DNA of 64,000 nt, from positions 3,405-67,404 of the IMG/VR virus record IMGVR_UViG_3300015371_000025; one strand, 5' to 3'. Position 1 is the stretch's first letter. Every line of letters begins with the position of its first letter. Both the position numbers and the translations under genes were made by a program. The notes under the pieces were generated by a model that worked only from the letters and a program-made list of their open reading frames with translations, had not been told where the DNA came from and did no database searches. Below are positions 63,376 through 64,000 of the stretch, one piece after another. This stretch comes from a virus.

Positions 63376-63864
63376 CTACGCGTTGCCGTACTCGTGTGCG
63401 TCCGTGAGGAGCTTGAGCGTCCCGCCCGCCTCGTCGAAGCGCAGCATGGCCTGGCTCGCCCAGTACGACTCGTTGCTGTTGACGCTCTTGCGGATCGCGG
63501 CGCGGTTCTTGCGAAGCTCGGAGCGGATCGAGGTGATCTCACGCTTGATGTGCTGGTTGATCGTGCCGGAAGACTGACCAAGCTCCTGCCCGTCGTCGGT
63601 CATGATCCAGACGGCCCACGCCTTCATGAACTTCACGAGGAGCCAGTGGACGCTGCGGTGGCCGGTCGGATCGCACGGGATCGTGCGAGGGTCCCACAGC
63701 TTGCTCTGGTCGCGAGGGATCTCGGGCTTCCAAAGCGCCTGCCACGCCTGCGGGATGACATGGTGTAGCTCCGTGTAGTACGGAGCCGCCGGTCCGTGAC
63801 TGGCGTGCAGGATGCACCTCTGGTCGGCCGTGACGGGCGTGGCCATGAACGGCTTGTCGCTCAT
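63376..63864 (-). CDS. HNH-like protein
   Basis: ELHHVIP...CDPTGHRSVH. Confidence 0.55.
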   Translation of the reverse strand: MSDKPFMATPVTADQRCILHASHGPAAPYYTELHHVIPQAWQALWKPEIPRDQSKLWDPRTIPCDPTGHRSVHWLLVKFMKAWAVWIMTDDGQELGQSSGTINQHIKREITSIRSELRKNRAAIRKSVNSNESYWASQAMLRFDEAGGTLKLLTDAHEYGNA

Positions 63865-64000
63865 CGTTTCACCTCCAGGCCGAACTTCGAGGGCTCGACA
63901 CCGAACGCCCCTTGGTAGCGGCCGTTGTAGGGACTGGACGCCGGGCCGGTCATCTCGTGGAACGAGAGCTGCGCGATGCGCTTGCCAGGGCGGAGCAGGA
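63861..64000 (-). CDS. dcd: dCTP deaminase, C-terminal part (truncated by window edge)
   Basis: LLRPGKRIAQLSFHEM...PYNGRYQG...PSK. Confidence 0.72.
   Translation of the reverse strand, partial: LLRPGKRIAQLSFHEMTGPASSPYNGRYQGAFGVEPSKFGLEVKR

Noticed and set aside
1-64000. Diversity-generating retroelement, retron, intein, canonical tRNA, integrase
   Set aside because: I saw no reverse-transcriptase motifs, TR/VR pair, intein splice motifs, full cloverleaf with TTCGA and CCA, or recombinase catalytic motifs. This was checked by eye only.

Overview
This window is 64 kb of a large, GC-rich tailed dsDNA phage genome, probably with an actinobacterial host (leaderless TANNNT promoters; secreted proteins reminiscent of Thermoleophilia/Solirubrobacterales, which is inference). 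No integrase is visible. It has two convergent halves meeting at a terminator near 30.45 kb. Plus strand, 1-30.4 kb: an early/accessory region of about 75 small genes. About 45 transcription units each begin with a conserved ~39-bp element, TAAATAGACAC-n4-CTACAG-n4-TANNNT-n6-ATG. This element supplies the stop codon of the upstream gene, a -35/-10 promoter and usually a leaderless start, so the region is a gene-cassette array. Some cassettes carry structured non-coding RNA candidates instead of ORFs (~460 nt at 15.27-15.73 kb; ~86 nt at 2.05 kb). The same AATNGACAC box also occurs without a -10, in inverted pairs at a fixed 25-26 bp spacing, densest at 3.2-4.1 kb. Minus strand, 30.5-64 kb: replication and nucleotide genes (dcd fragment, primase, gp32-like SSB, dNTP diphosphohydrolase, ThyX, DnaE, RecA-like, MazG-like, NDT-like, Cas4-like nuclease, RuvC), then TerS, TerL, a portal-MuF fusion, virion genes, a multi-enzyme lysis cluster and small basic proteins. 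No major capsid or tape-measure gene is recognisable in the window. All calls come from reading the sequence by eye; no database searches were run.
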